Part shown: positions 1-9,635 of the stretch, piece after piece | How the letters are laid out: every line of letters starts with the position of its first letter | Position numbering within the stretch: position 1 is the stretch's first letter | NCBI GenBank assembly: GCA_021108325.1 | Contig: JAIORB010000133.1 | Coordinates: 1,937 to 65,936 of the forward strand | Origin: Bacteroidales bacterium | GTDB taxonomy: Bacteria; Bacteroidota; Bacteroidia; Bacteroidales; UBA12077 | DNA length: 64,000 nt | Direction of reading: 5' to 3' | The notes under the pieces: generated by a model | Seen by the model: the letters and a program-made list of their open reading frames with translations, nothing else | What the model was told of the DNA's origin: nothing | Databases searched by the model: none | Program-made: the position numbers and the translations under genes

Positions 1-2684
1 CCTGGGTTAGTGCTCGTGTAACTGATGCAAAGCATTCTTCAAATACAAGTCCATCCGAATTTTTAAGTCGATATTGGACTTTATCATCTTCAGGAATTAC
101 GGCACCTAATTACGATGCTGATTTTAAATATTTACAAGCTGATGTAGTTGGTACTGAAGCTAATATTTATGCAGCCGAATACGATGGTTCAGTACGAACT
201 GTTTATTCAACAGTCGATGTAACAAATAATATTTTACCTGTAACCGGATTATCTTCTTTTGCCGATTATACCGGTGTTGATGGAACCGTGCCAACGGTTT
301 TAATATCTACAAGCGAATCAGATACAACAAATACAAATCCAATTCCGTTTACAGTAACTTTTAGTGAAGCTGTAACCGAATTTGTTGTTGGAGATATTGG
401 TATAATAAATGGTTCTGTAAGCAATTTTAACGATGCAAGCAATCCTGTATTTACATTTGATGTAACTCCAGCAAAAGATAGTACTGTAACCATTGATGTT
501 GGAGCAGGAGTTGCTCAGGATGCTGCAGGTAACGATAATACTGCTGCAACAACTTATAGAATTGAATATGATGGTACCGATCCTGTTGTTAGTACTTTAT
601 ACCCTGGAGTTGGTCAAGCAAATATTGGACTTGCCGATAATTTACAAATGACATTTGATGAGTTTGTTTATCTTAATACCGGGAATATCGAAATTAGAAA
701 AGTTACAGGAGGAACATTGGTTGAATCTATAAATGTAACAAGCCTCGATGGTGATGGAACAGAAACTATTACTATTAATCCATCTTCAGATTTTGAAAGT
801 CAGGTTGAATACTATGTTCTTGTACCTTCCGGAGCATTTATTGATGCAGCAGGAAATGAGTATGCAGGAATAAGCGGAACAACTGATTGGACATTTACTA
901 CTGTAGATATTAATAATCCTTATATAAGCTTTGTTAGTCCTGAAGATGAATCACCTGAAGTATCTGTTACATCTGATTTAGTGATAACATTTAGTGAAAA
1001 TGTAAATGCTGTGGCTGGTAAGTATATAACAATTATGAATGCAAGCACGTCATCAACGCATGAAACAATTGAAGCTTCTAATGGTATAGTAACAATAAAT
1101 AATGAGGTGGTAACTATTAATCCTTCAATTGATTTTGCCGGAGAAACAGATTATTATGTTTTGATTGATGAAGGTGCATTTGAAGATACTGAATCAAATC
1201 CATTTGCAGGAATTTCATCTGTTGTTTATTGGAACTTTACAACAGAAGATATTTCAGTACCAACAGTTACAATAACATCTACAGAATCTGATCCAACAAA
1301 TGTTTCTCCATTTGAAGTAAGTATTGAATTTAGTGAAGTGGTTACCGGATTTGAGATAGGAGATATTACAGTTGGTAACGGAGCAGCGGGTAATCTAAAT
1401 ACTTCTGATAATATAACATTTATTGCTGATATTACCCCAACAGCTGATGGACTCGTTACTGTTGATGTTGCTGCGGATGTTGCAACCGATGCAGCTGACA
1501 ATGGAAATACTGCAGCAACACAATTTAGTATTACTTATGACGGTACAGTTCCAACAGTTACGATAACATCTACAGAACCTGATCCTACATTCAACAGTAA
1601 TTTCGATATTACAATTGAATTTAGCGAAGAAGTAACAGGTTTTGAATTAACCGATATTATTGTTGGTAATGGTACAGCAGGTAATTTTAGTACTACGGAT
1701 AACACTATATTTACTTCAACTATAACACCTGACGTAGTAGGTTCTGTAACAGTTGATGTATTTGCCGGTGTTGCTTCCGATCCTGCTGGTAATGTAAATA
1801 CTGCAGCAACTCAGTTTTCTATACAATTTGATGGAATAAAACCTGATGTTACTGTTTCAACCACTGCATCAGATCCTACAAATGTATCACCAATAACATT
1901 TGATATTGTATTTGAAATTGAAGTAACAGGATTTGAATTAACCGATATTACTGTTACTAATGCAAGTGCAAGTAATCTGCAAACATCTGATAGTATTTCA
2001 TTTACTGTGGATATTACACCGGATAGTGATGGATTAGTTTCTGTGTTGGTGCCTGCCGGTGTAGCCGAAACATCAATTGGTAATGTAAATAATGCATCAA
2101 ACACAGCAAATATTACTTACGATACTACATCGCCATCAGTAACAATAACATCAGTAGAATCAGGAACTGTAACAGGTAATTTTGACATAACAATAACATT
2201 TAGTGAAGTTGTTACCGGCTTTACAAGTGATGATATTACTGTTGTCAATGGATCAGTTAATAGTTTCACGGCATCAACTGCTGATCAAATATGGACTGTT
2301 ACAATAGCACCGGTTACAGATGGAGATGTTACTGTGAATATAAGTGCCGGACTTGCTCAGGATGCTGCAGGAAATGATAACACTGCAGCCGATCAGTTCA
2401 GTATTACTTATGATTCAGGTGTTGGCTTTGAAGACCTTATTCCTTATGAAATTTCAATTTATTCATTAGAAAACAGAGTAATAGTAGAATTTACAAATGA
2501 GGGTAATTATCAATTCGAAAAGGGAATAATTGAGGTTTATAATTTACTTGGTCAAAAAATTACGAGCTCTAACATCAATGACTTTGTGAAATTTGAAACA
2601 AAAGTTGAGCATGTTTCACAAATATATATTGTTAAGGTTGTTATTGACGGTGTACCTTATACAAAGAGACTTTATATTGAATAG
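1..2684 (+). CDS. Large secreted surface protein with tandem bacterial Ig-like domains and a T9SS C-terminal sorting domain (5'-truncated)
   Basis: The frame is open from position 3, so the GTG at 288 is not the true start. Repeated ~100-aa modules (PTVTITSTE..F.I.FSEEVTGF..DI.V.NG...AQDAAGNDNTAA) and SbsA/Big_5-like units. The C-terminus IEVYNLLGQKI...IYIVKV..TKRLYIE is T9SS CTD-like. Confidence 0.85.
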   Translation, partial: WVSARVTDAKHSSNTSPSEFLSRYWTLSSSGITAPNYDADFKYLQADVVGTEANIYAAEYDGSVRTVYSTVDVTNNILPVTGLSSFADYTGVDGTVPTVLISTSESDTTNTNPIPFTVTFSEAVTEFVVGDIGIINGSVSNFNDASNPVFTFDVTPAKDSTVTIDVGAGVAQDAAGNDNTAATTYRIEYDGTDPVVSTLYPGVGQANIGLADNLQMTFDEFVYLNTGNIEIRKVTGGTLVESINVTSLDGDGTETITINPSSDFESQVEYYVLVPSGAFIDAAGNEYAGISGTTDWTFTTVDINNPYISFVSPEDESPEVSVTSDLVITFSENVNAVAGKYITIMNASTSSTHETIEASNGIVTINNEVVTINPSIDFAGETDYYVLIDEGAFEDTESNPFAGISSVVYWNFTTEDISVPTVTITSTESDPTNVSPFEVSIEFSEVVTGFEIGDITVGNGAAGNLNTSDNITFIADITPTADGLVTVDVAADVATDAADNGNTAATQFSITYDGTVPTVTITSTEPDPTFNSNFDITIEFSEEVTGFELTDIIVGNGTAGNFSTTDNTIFTSTITPDVVGSVTVDVFAGVASDPAGNVNTAATQFSIQFDGIKPDVTVSTTASDPTNVSPITFDIVFEIEVTGFELTDITVTNASASNLQTSDSISFTVDITPDSDGLVSVLVPAGVAETSIGNVNNASNTANITYDTTSPSVTITSVESGTVTGNFDITITFSEVVTGFTSDDITVVNGSVNSFTASTADQIWTVTIAPVTDGDVTVNISAGLAQDAAGNDNTAADQFSITYDSGVGFEDLIPYEISIYSLENRVIVEFTNEGNYQFEKGIIEVYNLLGQKITSSNINDFVKFETKVEHVSQIYIVKVVIDGVPYTKRLYIE

Positions 2685-2790
2685 TTTTAGAAAAATTTGA
2701 TTTAATTTAAAAAGACAAAATACTATTTTTAGTATTTTGTCTTTTTTATTTTTTATATTTATATTGTTTTTCTACTTAAATAATTTAGTT

Positions 2791-5700
2791 ATGATGAAAA
2801 AGAATATAATTCTCTTTTTGCTATTATTTATATATATCCCATTAACTGCACAAATTAATAAAAATGGAATTCCCCTTATAAAAAATTATGCACCCAACGA
2901 TTATAATGCTGCTGAACAAAACTGGACAATTTGTGAAGATAATCGGGGAGTCATATATTTTGGGAATAATGATGGTGGAATATTAGAATTTGATGGAAAT
3001 AGTTGGGAAAGAATTCCAATATCAAACGGTTCAATTATAAGATCATTAGCATATTCAGATGATGGAACTGTTTATGTAGGAGGAGTTGAGGAGTTTGGAT
3101 ATTTAACACCTGATAAAAAGGGTGAAATGTATTATCATACTTTGACTAATCAGTTAGATACTGTTGATTTTAAGGATGTATGGAAGATATATACTGTTAA
3201 TAATGAAGTTTATTTTTGCGAGGACAGGAATATATTTAAGTTCGTTGATAAAAAATTATCGAATGTATACAAAAATACCGGAGAATCATTTTTAAGCTTT
3301 TTAGTTGGAGATAAAATATATTGGGGTAGTTATGATAAAGGATTATATGAATTAATTGAAGATACAATACAATATACGAATGGGGGCGATTTTTATAAAG
3401 AGAAAGATATTTTTGTTATGTTGCCATGGTCTGAAAATGAAATTTTTATAGCAACAATTGGGCAGGGATTATATATTTATAATAGAGTGACTGGATTATC
3501 CCAAGATTTTAAATCTATGGGAGTAGAATTTCAAGAATTATACAATTTGCTTGACCAATCGCAAATATATAATGGTATAAAACTTTCTAATGATCAATAT
3601 GCTCTAGCGACATTGAATAAAGGTTGTTTAATATTTAATCAGGAAGGTGAATTAATACATAAGTTAGATAAAGAAAATGGATTACAGGACCTTACCGTAA
3701 TTAATTTGTTTGAATCAAAAGATGATCATTTATGGTTAGGATTAAATAAAGGGATATCTTTTATAGAGTATAATACTCCATTTACTAAATTTGATCAGGA
3801 ATATGGCATTGAAGGAATTGTCGTTGATGTAATACGTTATAATAATATTCTTTTTGTTTCGACAAATATTGGTTTATATTATTTAGATTATGATTCTCAA
3901 GATATGCCTGTTTTTATGAGTATACCTATGGATAGAACCGTTACTGATATGGACATCTTTAAAGATTATAGAACAGGCGAAACAAAGCTTATAATAGGAT
4001 CTAATTTTGGTGTTTGGGAATTTATATCTAAAGGTAAAGAACCTGATTATATTTCAACAACTGCTTATGAATGTGAAGTTATTTATCAATCAAGCTTATT
4101 TCCTAATAGATTATATGTTGGATGTTTAAATGGTCTGGCTCTATTAGAGTATAATAACAATGCATGGATTGATAAAGGAAATGTAAACGATGATATTTCG
4201 TCTCAAATAACGTCTATAATTGAAGATGAAAAAGGTAATATTTGGTTAGGATCTGTATTAAAAGGGGTTATAAAATTAAGTAGCGATCAAAATATAGAAA
4301 GATATGGTATTGAGGATGGTTTACCAGATATGAATGATAATAAGGTTTACTTTATTGATAATCAAGTTGTGTGTGCTACACAAAAGGGTTTATATAATTA
4401 TAATAAAGCAACAAATAAATTTGAAAAATACAAAGATTTTGGTGAGAAGTATTTTTTAAATACTGACAAAGTAAAAAGTATTGATTTTGAAAAAAAAGAT
4501 GAATATTGGATAGTTTTATCTAATTCAGTAACTAATTATGAATATATTGAGAAATTAAGAATTAGCCAGGATAGAATTGTAACTATTGAGGATATTCCCT
4601 TTAAACGTTTATTAAAAAAATCTTTTTACGAATTTACTTTTGATGGTGATAATGGCGTTTGGATTGCAACTTCGGATGCAATTTATAATTATCAGGAAAG
4701 ATTACAAGACGATTTTTCAAAGTTTTACAATAGCCTTATCCGTAAAATTGAAATGGGAATTGATTCTGTTATATTTTGGGGAACTTATTATAAAGATACT
4801 TCAAATCTTATTGTTGATTTGAATCAACCTGAAGAGCTTAAAAAAACAGTTAAGTATAAAGATAATTCATTTAATTTCTTTTATTCAACTCCATTTGTTC
4901 CAACCGATGAAATTAAATATAGTTATAAACTTGAAGGTTTTGATGATCAGTGGTCGAGTTGGAATATAGAAACAGACCGTGGTTATACTAACCTTAATGA
5001 AGGTCATTATACTTTCATGGTAAAATCGAAAAATATTTATGGTATCGAAAGTGAAGTTGTTACATATGAGTTTAGTATTAGACCACCTTGGTACAAAACT
5101 TTATTGGCTTATTTCTTTTATATTGTTTTAGCAATTTTTGTAATAATTGTTATTGTTAAAATTTACACCAGGAGGTTAGAATTAGAAAAAATTCGATTGG
5201 AACAAATTGTAAAAGAACGTACCGAAGAAGTTGTTAAGCAAAAAGATGAGATTGCTGAAAAGAATAAAAGTATTACAGATAGTATAGAATATGCGAGTCG
5301 TATACAAACAGCTATATTACCATCAAAAGAGTTTGCCGAAGAAATCCTTCCGGAACATTTTATATTATTCAGGCCTCGCGATATTGTTAGTGGTGACTTT
5401 TTCTGGATGACAAAAAAAGATAACTTAGTGGTTGTAATTGCGGCAGATTGTACAGGTCATGGAGTTCCGGGTGCTTTCATGAGTATGTTGGGTGTTTCTT
5501 TCTTAAACGAGATTGTTAACCGACACGAAGTTACTTCAGCCAATGTTATTTTAAATAACTTAAGAAGGGATATTAAGAAAACTCTTGGTCAGGAAGGTAA
5601 AGAAGGTGAAGCAAAAGATGGTATGGACATTGCCTTATGTGTTATTGATATTGAGAATATGAAAATGCAGTATTCCGGAGCTTATAATCCGCTATATTTA

Positions 5701-6021
5701 TTTCGCAACAATGAGTTAATGGAAGTAAAAGCAGATAGAATGCCAATTGGAATATATATTAAAGAAAAAGAATCATTTACTAATAATGAAATTGATCTGC
5801 AAGAGGGAGACGTATTCTATATATTCTCTGATGGTTATCAGGATCAGTTTGGTGGAGAAGACGGACAAAAATTTAAAACTAAAAACTATAAGCAATTCCT
5901 ACTTGAGATTCATCAAAAACCGATGGCTGAACAAAGGGAAATACTTGATAAAAGAATTGATGAATGGCGTGGTGATTGGGAACAGATCGATGATATTATT
6001 ATTTTAGGTATAAGAGTATAG
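2791..6021 (+). CDS. Beta-propeller/Y_Y_Y sensor fused to a SpoIIE (PP2C-type) serine phosphatase
   Basis: Signal peptide from ATG 2791; propeller repeats; YSYKLEGFD..YTNLNEGHYTFMVK (Y_Y_Y); TM after PPWY; PP2C motifs DIVSGDFF, ADCTGHGVPGA, DGMD, FSDGYQDQFGG, QIDD. Confidence 0.9.
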   Translation: MMKKNIILFLLLFIYIPLTAQINKNGIPLIKNYAPNDYNAAEQNWTICEDNRGVIYFGNNDGGILEFDGNSWERIPISNGSIIRSLAYSDDGTVYVGGVEEFGYLTPDKKGEMYYHTLTNQLDTVDFKDVWKIYTVNNEVYFCEDRNIFKFVDKKLSNVYKNTGESFLSFLVGDKIYWGSYDKGLYELIEDTIQYTNGGDFYKEKDIFVMLPWSENEIFIATIGQGLYIYNRVTGLSQDFKSMGVEFQELYNLLDQSQIYNGIKLSNDQYALATLNKGCLIFNQEGELIHKLDKENGLQDLTVINLFESKDDHLWLGLNKGISFIEYNTPFTKFDQEYGIEGIVVDVIRYNNILFVSTNIGLYYLDYDSQDMPVFMSIPMDRTVTDMDIFKDYRTGETKLIIGSNFGVWEFISKGKEPDYISTTAYECEVIYQSSLFPNRLYVGCLNGLALLEYNNNAWIDKGNVNDDISSQITSIIEDEKGNIWLGSVLKGVIKLSSDQNIERYGIEDGLPDMNDNKVYFIDNQVVCATQKGLYNYNKATNKFEKYKDFGEKYFLNTDKVKSIDFEKKDEYWIVLSNSVTNYEYIEKLRISQDRIVTIEDIPFKRLLKKSFYEFTFDGDNGVWIATSDAIYNYQERLQDDFSKFYNSLIRKIEMGIDSVIFWGTYYKDTSNLIVDLNQPEELKKTVKYKDNSFNFFYSTPFVPTDEIKYSYKLEGFDDQWSSWNIETDRGYTNLNEGHYTFMVKSKNIYGIESEVVTYEFSIRPPWYKTLLAYFFYIVLAIFVIIVIVKIYTRRLELEKIRLEQIVKERTEEVVKQKDEIAEKNKSITDSIEYASRIQTAILPSKEFAEEILPEHFILFRPRDIVSGDFFWMTKKDNLVVVIAADCTGHGVPGAFMSMLGVSFLNEIVNRHEVTSANVILNNLRRDIKKTLGQEGKEGEAKDGMDIALCVIDIENMKMQYSGAYNPLYLFRNNELMEVKADRMPIGIYIKEKESFTNNEIDLQEGDVFYIFSDGYQDQFGGEDGQKFKTKNYKQFLLEIHQKPMAEQREILDKRIDEWRGDWEQIDDIIILGIRV

Positions 6022-6035
6022 AAGGATGTCTAAAA

Positions 6036-6117
6036 AGGTGCTAAGCGGCCAATTTTATAAAATACTTCAAAACTAGCAATCTTATTATCAATTTGTTAGC
6101 AAATTCGCTAAGCACCT
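6036..6117. mobile_element. MITE-like element with AGGTGCTAAGCGG / CGCTAAGCACCT terminal inverted repeats (copy 1)
   Basis: ~82 bp; a second copy at 29064-29144 has similar internal sequence. Confidence 0.6.
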
Positions 6118-6182
6118 AATAAATTTTTTGATTAATTATTTGGTGCAAAGAAAATTACGATTACTTTTGAAAAAGAAAAAGT

Positions 6183-6347
6183 TCTGGTTTAATTTAGCGT
6201 TAAAAAAATGAAGGGCTAAAGCCCTGTTTTCATAGCATATTTATAACCCCGGCTTTATCCCGATGGCTATTGGGAGGGTTAGTTAGCACACCAGATAAGG
6301 ACTTTAGTCCAAAAATATCGAACTTAACAACGCTAAATTAAATTAGA
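6183..6347. mobile_element. MITE/REP-like element with terminal inverted repeats
   Basis: tctggtttaatttagcgtt (6183) pairs imperfectly with aacgctaaattaaattaga (6329-6347). Internal palindromes gggctaaagccc and ggactttagtcc. Confidence 0.5.
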
Positions 6348-6376
6348 GCCAAAGAAAATACTAACAGGCTTATTAC

Positions 6377-8008
6377 ATGTTATATAAGAATTCAATTTTC
6401 TTAAAAAAATATCCCCTACTTCTATTTTTGATTTTTTTATTAATATTTCAATCTATACAAGTTTATGGCCAAAATGTAAATCAAAATAATAGAGTCCTGT
6501 CAATAATAGATGTAGCAGAGCTTACACTGGAAAACAATAAAAATATATTAGTTAGTAAATCAAATGTTGAGGTTGCTGAAGGAAATATCTTAAAATCGAA
6601 ATCTGTTTTCAATTTAAAATTTAAAGGTAGTATTGATAAAACATATACTATAACACCATTAACAATTGATCAGAGGGAAAACTTATCTGATTACTCAAAT
6701 TCAAGTTATACTGAAAATGATTTATTTGATTATACCATTGGTGCTTATAAGAAATTTAAATTCGGTACAATAATAAATCCGGGTATAACTTTTACTAATT
6801 TCGGAAAGGATACTCTTTACAATTATTTATATGAAGCAGGATCTGGTGAATATATAACAAATAGAAGTAAAGTTTATCTAAATCTAAATCAACCAATTTT
6901 AAAAGGAGCCGGAAAAGAATATAATACAGCAGATCTTAGAATCAGTAAAAAAAGATACCAGCTAACAGAAGAATATTATTACCATAATATTTCAACGAGC
7001 TTATTAGAATCTTTTATTGCATATTTAGAATATATTGGGGTAAAAAAGAATCTTGAAATACAAGAAAATATTGATGATAAATTTTTATTGGTAATTCATC
7101 AAATTGAAAAATTGATTGAAATGGATGCAATACCTGCATCGGATTTAAATTATTTAAAGGCAAACTATACAGCAAGAAAATCTGAATTGGTAGATGCTCA
7201 AAATCAATTGCAAAATTATAAAATACATTTAGCTAATAAAATTGGTCTTGATAGAGAAGAAATACCTAAGATGTTTGAACCTCCAAATGAGTATATAATT
7301 TCAGATATTGAATTAGTTTCAAGAAAAGAAGATTATATTGGATACTCTTATAGACAAAGCTTAATGAATAGAAAAGATTATCTTGGTTCAGAATTATTGT
7401 TGGATGTTGAAAAAGAATTAGTTAAATACTATAAAAAGAGTTTAAAGCCAACGCTCGATTTAAATTTATCTATAGGTTATAATGGCATTTACGAGTCTGG
7501 TAATTTTGATCAATATTACAAACCTTATTTTGAAAATATCCCGGGAATAAATTATAAAGTTGGAATTTCATTTGTTATAGATGCAAATAATGACTTAAAT
7601 AATGGAAATCTAATAGTTGCAAAAGGTAATTATAATAGGCAGAAAGCATTATCACAATCCTTAGAAGAAGATATATATATTAATATTTCAAAGTTTTACA
7701 ACGATATTATTAATTACAAAGAAATAGTATTATTGTATAAAGAAACAGTAAGGTTTTATGAAGAAGCTTTAGAAAATGAGAATATAAAACTAAAACTTGG
7801 AACATCAACGGTTATTAACCTGGTTCAAATTCAAAATGATTATTATTTAGCATTAGATCTTTTGTATAGCGCTATATTAAATTTGAATATGTCAATACTT
7901 TATTATAGATATCATACAGGAACGTTGTGCTCTATTATTGATGATAATACTATTGATATTGATTATCAGAATTTATTTTCGTTACCTTTTAAATTTGATA
8001 ACTACTAA
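6377..8008 (+). CDS. TolC-family outer membrane factor of the peptide export cluster
   Basis: N-terminal signal; OEP-like pattern (TLENNKNI..., KPTLDLNLSIGY, LKLGTSTVINLVQIQNDY). The stop abuts the HlyD start (taaATG). Confidence 0.8.
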   Translation: MLYKNSIFLKKYPLLLFLIFLLIFQSIQVYGQNVNQNNRVLSIIDVAELTLENNKNILVSKSNVEVAEGNILKSKSVFNLKFKGSIDKTYTITPLTIDQRENLSDYSNSSYTENDLFDYTIGAYKKFKFGTIINPGITFTNFGKDTLYNYLYEAGSGEYITNRSKVYLNLNQPILKGAGKEYNTADLRISKKRYQLTEEYYYHNISTSLLESFIAYLEYIGVKKNLEIQENIDDKFLLVIHQIEKLIEMDAIPASDLNYLKANYTARKSELVDAQNQLQNYKIHLANKIGLDREEIPKMFEPPNEYIISDIELVSRKEDYIGYSYRQSLMNRKDYLGSELLLDVEKELVKYYKKSLKPTLDLNLSIGYNGIYESGNFDQYYKPYFENIPGINYKVGISFVIDANNDLNNGNLIVAKGNYNRQKALSQSLEEDIYINISKFYNDIINYKEIVLLYKETVRFYEEALENENIKLKLGTSTVINLVQIQNDYYLALDLLYSAILNLNMSILYYRYHTGTLCSIIDDNTIDIDYQNLFSLPFKFDNY

Positions 8009-9619
8009 ATGAATAATCAACTATTTAGAAAAGAAGCCTTAGTTAGAATTGAGTCTCCCGAGAGACTAAATGAAATGGTTAAGATTACATCTGCCAGAAG
8101 TTGGTTAATATTGACAGCTATAATTGGTGTTTTAACAGCTTTTATTCTATGGAGCATATTTGGCGAATTACCGTATACGATAAATGGTCAGGGAATTATT
8201 CAACAGCCGGGAGGTATTATCGAAATTGCATCAATTGCACCCGGAAGAATTGAAAGAACAATGGTGCTTGAAGCGGATATTATTAACGAAGGTGATGTAA
8301 TAGCTTATATTGATCAACCTGAATTGGAAATGCAAATTGAAAATGCTAAAAAAGAACTTGCTGATATTAACAAGAGATTTATGCAGATTTCTGATTTCGG
8401 TTATGAAAATTTAGAGTTGAAAAAAATATTATACGATAAAGAAGAAAAAATTTTAAATAAAACCATAAAGTTAAACCTTGATAGATTAGATTTTATAAAG
8501 GAAAGAATAGCTGCCCAGGAGGAACTTTTAGCAAAAGGCTTAATCACTAAAGAAAATTTAAATAACACTAAAGAAGAGTTTTTTAATATTCAGCAGGAGA
8601 ATGACAACCTTTCAAATGATATGAAAGAATTGCAACAAAAAATTTATGAAATTAAAGAACAAAATGAAATAGAATTAAATCAGATTAAATCAGAAATTCT
8701 TAACGTTGAAAATAGAATAAGAGAATTAGAAGCTTTACATCAACTTAATACGAAAGTTATTAGCCCTTATGCAGGAAAAATTATTGAATTAATGGTAAAT
8801 CCGGGCAAAGTAATTGAAGCAGGAAACCCGATTGTGAGTATTGAACCATTGAACTTAATAAATGACCTTCAGGCTATAATATACGTAAATCCAAAAGAAG
8901 GTAAAAAGATAGAACCCAAAATGAAAGTAAAACTTTCTCCTTCTACAATAGAAGTAGAAGAATTTGGATATATTAATGGTATTGTAGAGAAAGTTTCTGA
9001 GTATCCATCTACATTTCAGGGAATGTTGAGAACATTAGGGAGCATGGAATTAGTAAAAACATTTACACAGGAAGGGCCGCCAATAGCCATCAAAGTTTAT
9101 TTGGATAAAGACTCAACCACCTTTAGCGGATATTCATGGACATCTAAGCATGGGCCTGAATTAGAAATAAAATCGGGTACTTTATGTTCATCTAAAATCG
9201 TTACCGAAACAAGAAGGCCAATTTCTCTATTATTTCCAAAGCTTTCTAACAGAACCTCTAAATACTTAAATGAAAAATTTGAAACCAGGGAAACTAAATC
9301 AAAAAAAGAAAAAGAAGCCTATGTAATCAATCAAGAATATAATACAGAAAAGAATAAAGGATCACTGAATGATACCTTAAGTGAAAAAGTTGATATTTCT
9401 GGTTTTACAATTCAAATAGCAGCTACCAGAAGATCATTAAGTTTATATGAATTATCGACAATATATAATGGTGAAGAAAAAATTAATAAGGAATATATTG
9501 ATGATTGGTATAAATATTCAATTGGAAATTTTAGATCAAAAGATGAAGCAAAGTCATATATAAAGGAAAATAATTTAGGAGCCAGAGTATTTATAAGAAC
9601 TATAACCAATGTAAAATGA
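8009..9619 (+). CDS. NHLM/NHLP bacteriocin system secretion protein (HlyD-type adaptor) with a C-terminal SPOR-like domain
   Basis: N-terminus LFRKEAL.RIESPERLNEMVKITS is typical of the NHLM-system adaptor; TM, coiled coil, YSWTS..GP..I.SGTLC. An extra ~120-aa tail contains FTIQIAA...WYKYSIGNF.SKDEA. Confidence 0.85.
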   Translation: MNNQLFRKEALVRIESPERLNEMVKITSARSWLILTAIIGVLTAFILWSIFGELPYTINGQGIIQQPGGIIEIASIAPGRIERTMVLEADIINEGDVIAYIDQPELEMQIENAKKELADINKRFMQISDFGYENLELKKILYDKEEKILNKTIKLNLDRLDFIKERIAAQEELLAKGLITKENLNNTKEEFFNIQQENDNLSNDMKELQQKIYEIKEQNEIELNQIKSEILNVENRIRELEALHQLNTKVISPYAGKIIELMVNPGKVIEAGNPIVSIEPLNLINDLQAIIYVNPKEGKKIEPKMKVKLSPSTIEVEEFGYINGIVEKVSEYPSTFQGMLRTLGSMELVKTFTQEGPPIAIKVYLDKDSTTFSGYSWTSKHGPELEIKSGTLCSSKIVTETRRPISLLFPKLSNRTSKYLNEKFETRETKSKKEKEAYVINQEYNTEKNKGSLNDTLSEKVDISGFTIQIAATRRSLSLYELSTIYNGEEKINKEYIDDWYKYSIGNFRSKDEAKSYIKENNLGARVFIRTITNVK

Positions 9620-9635
9620 TAATGCTTTATTTTAT

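Noticed and set aside
266-2104. Minus-strand ORFs 266-493, 1226-1501 and 1811-2104
   Set aside because: Antisense shadows of the Thr/Val-rich Ig-repeat gene.
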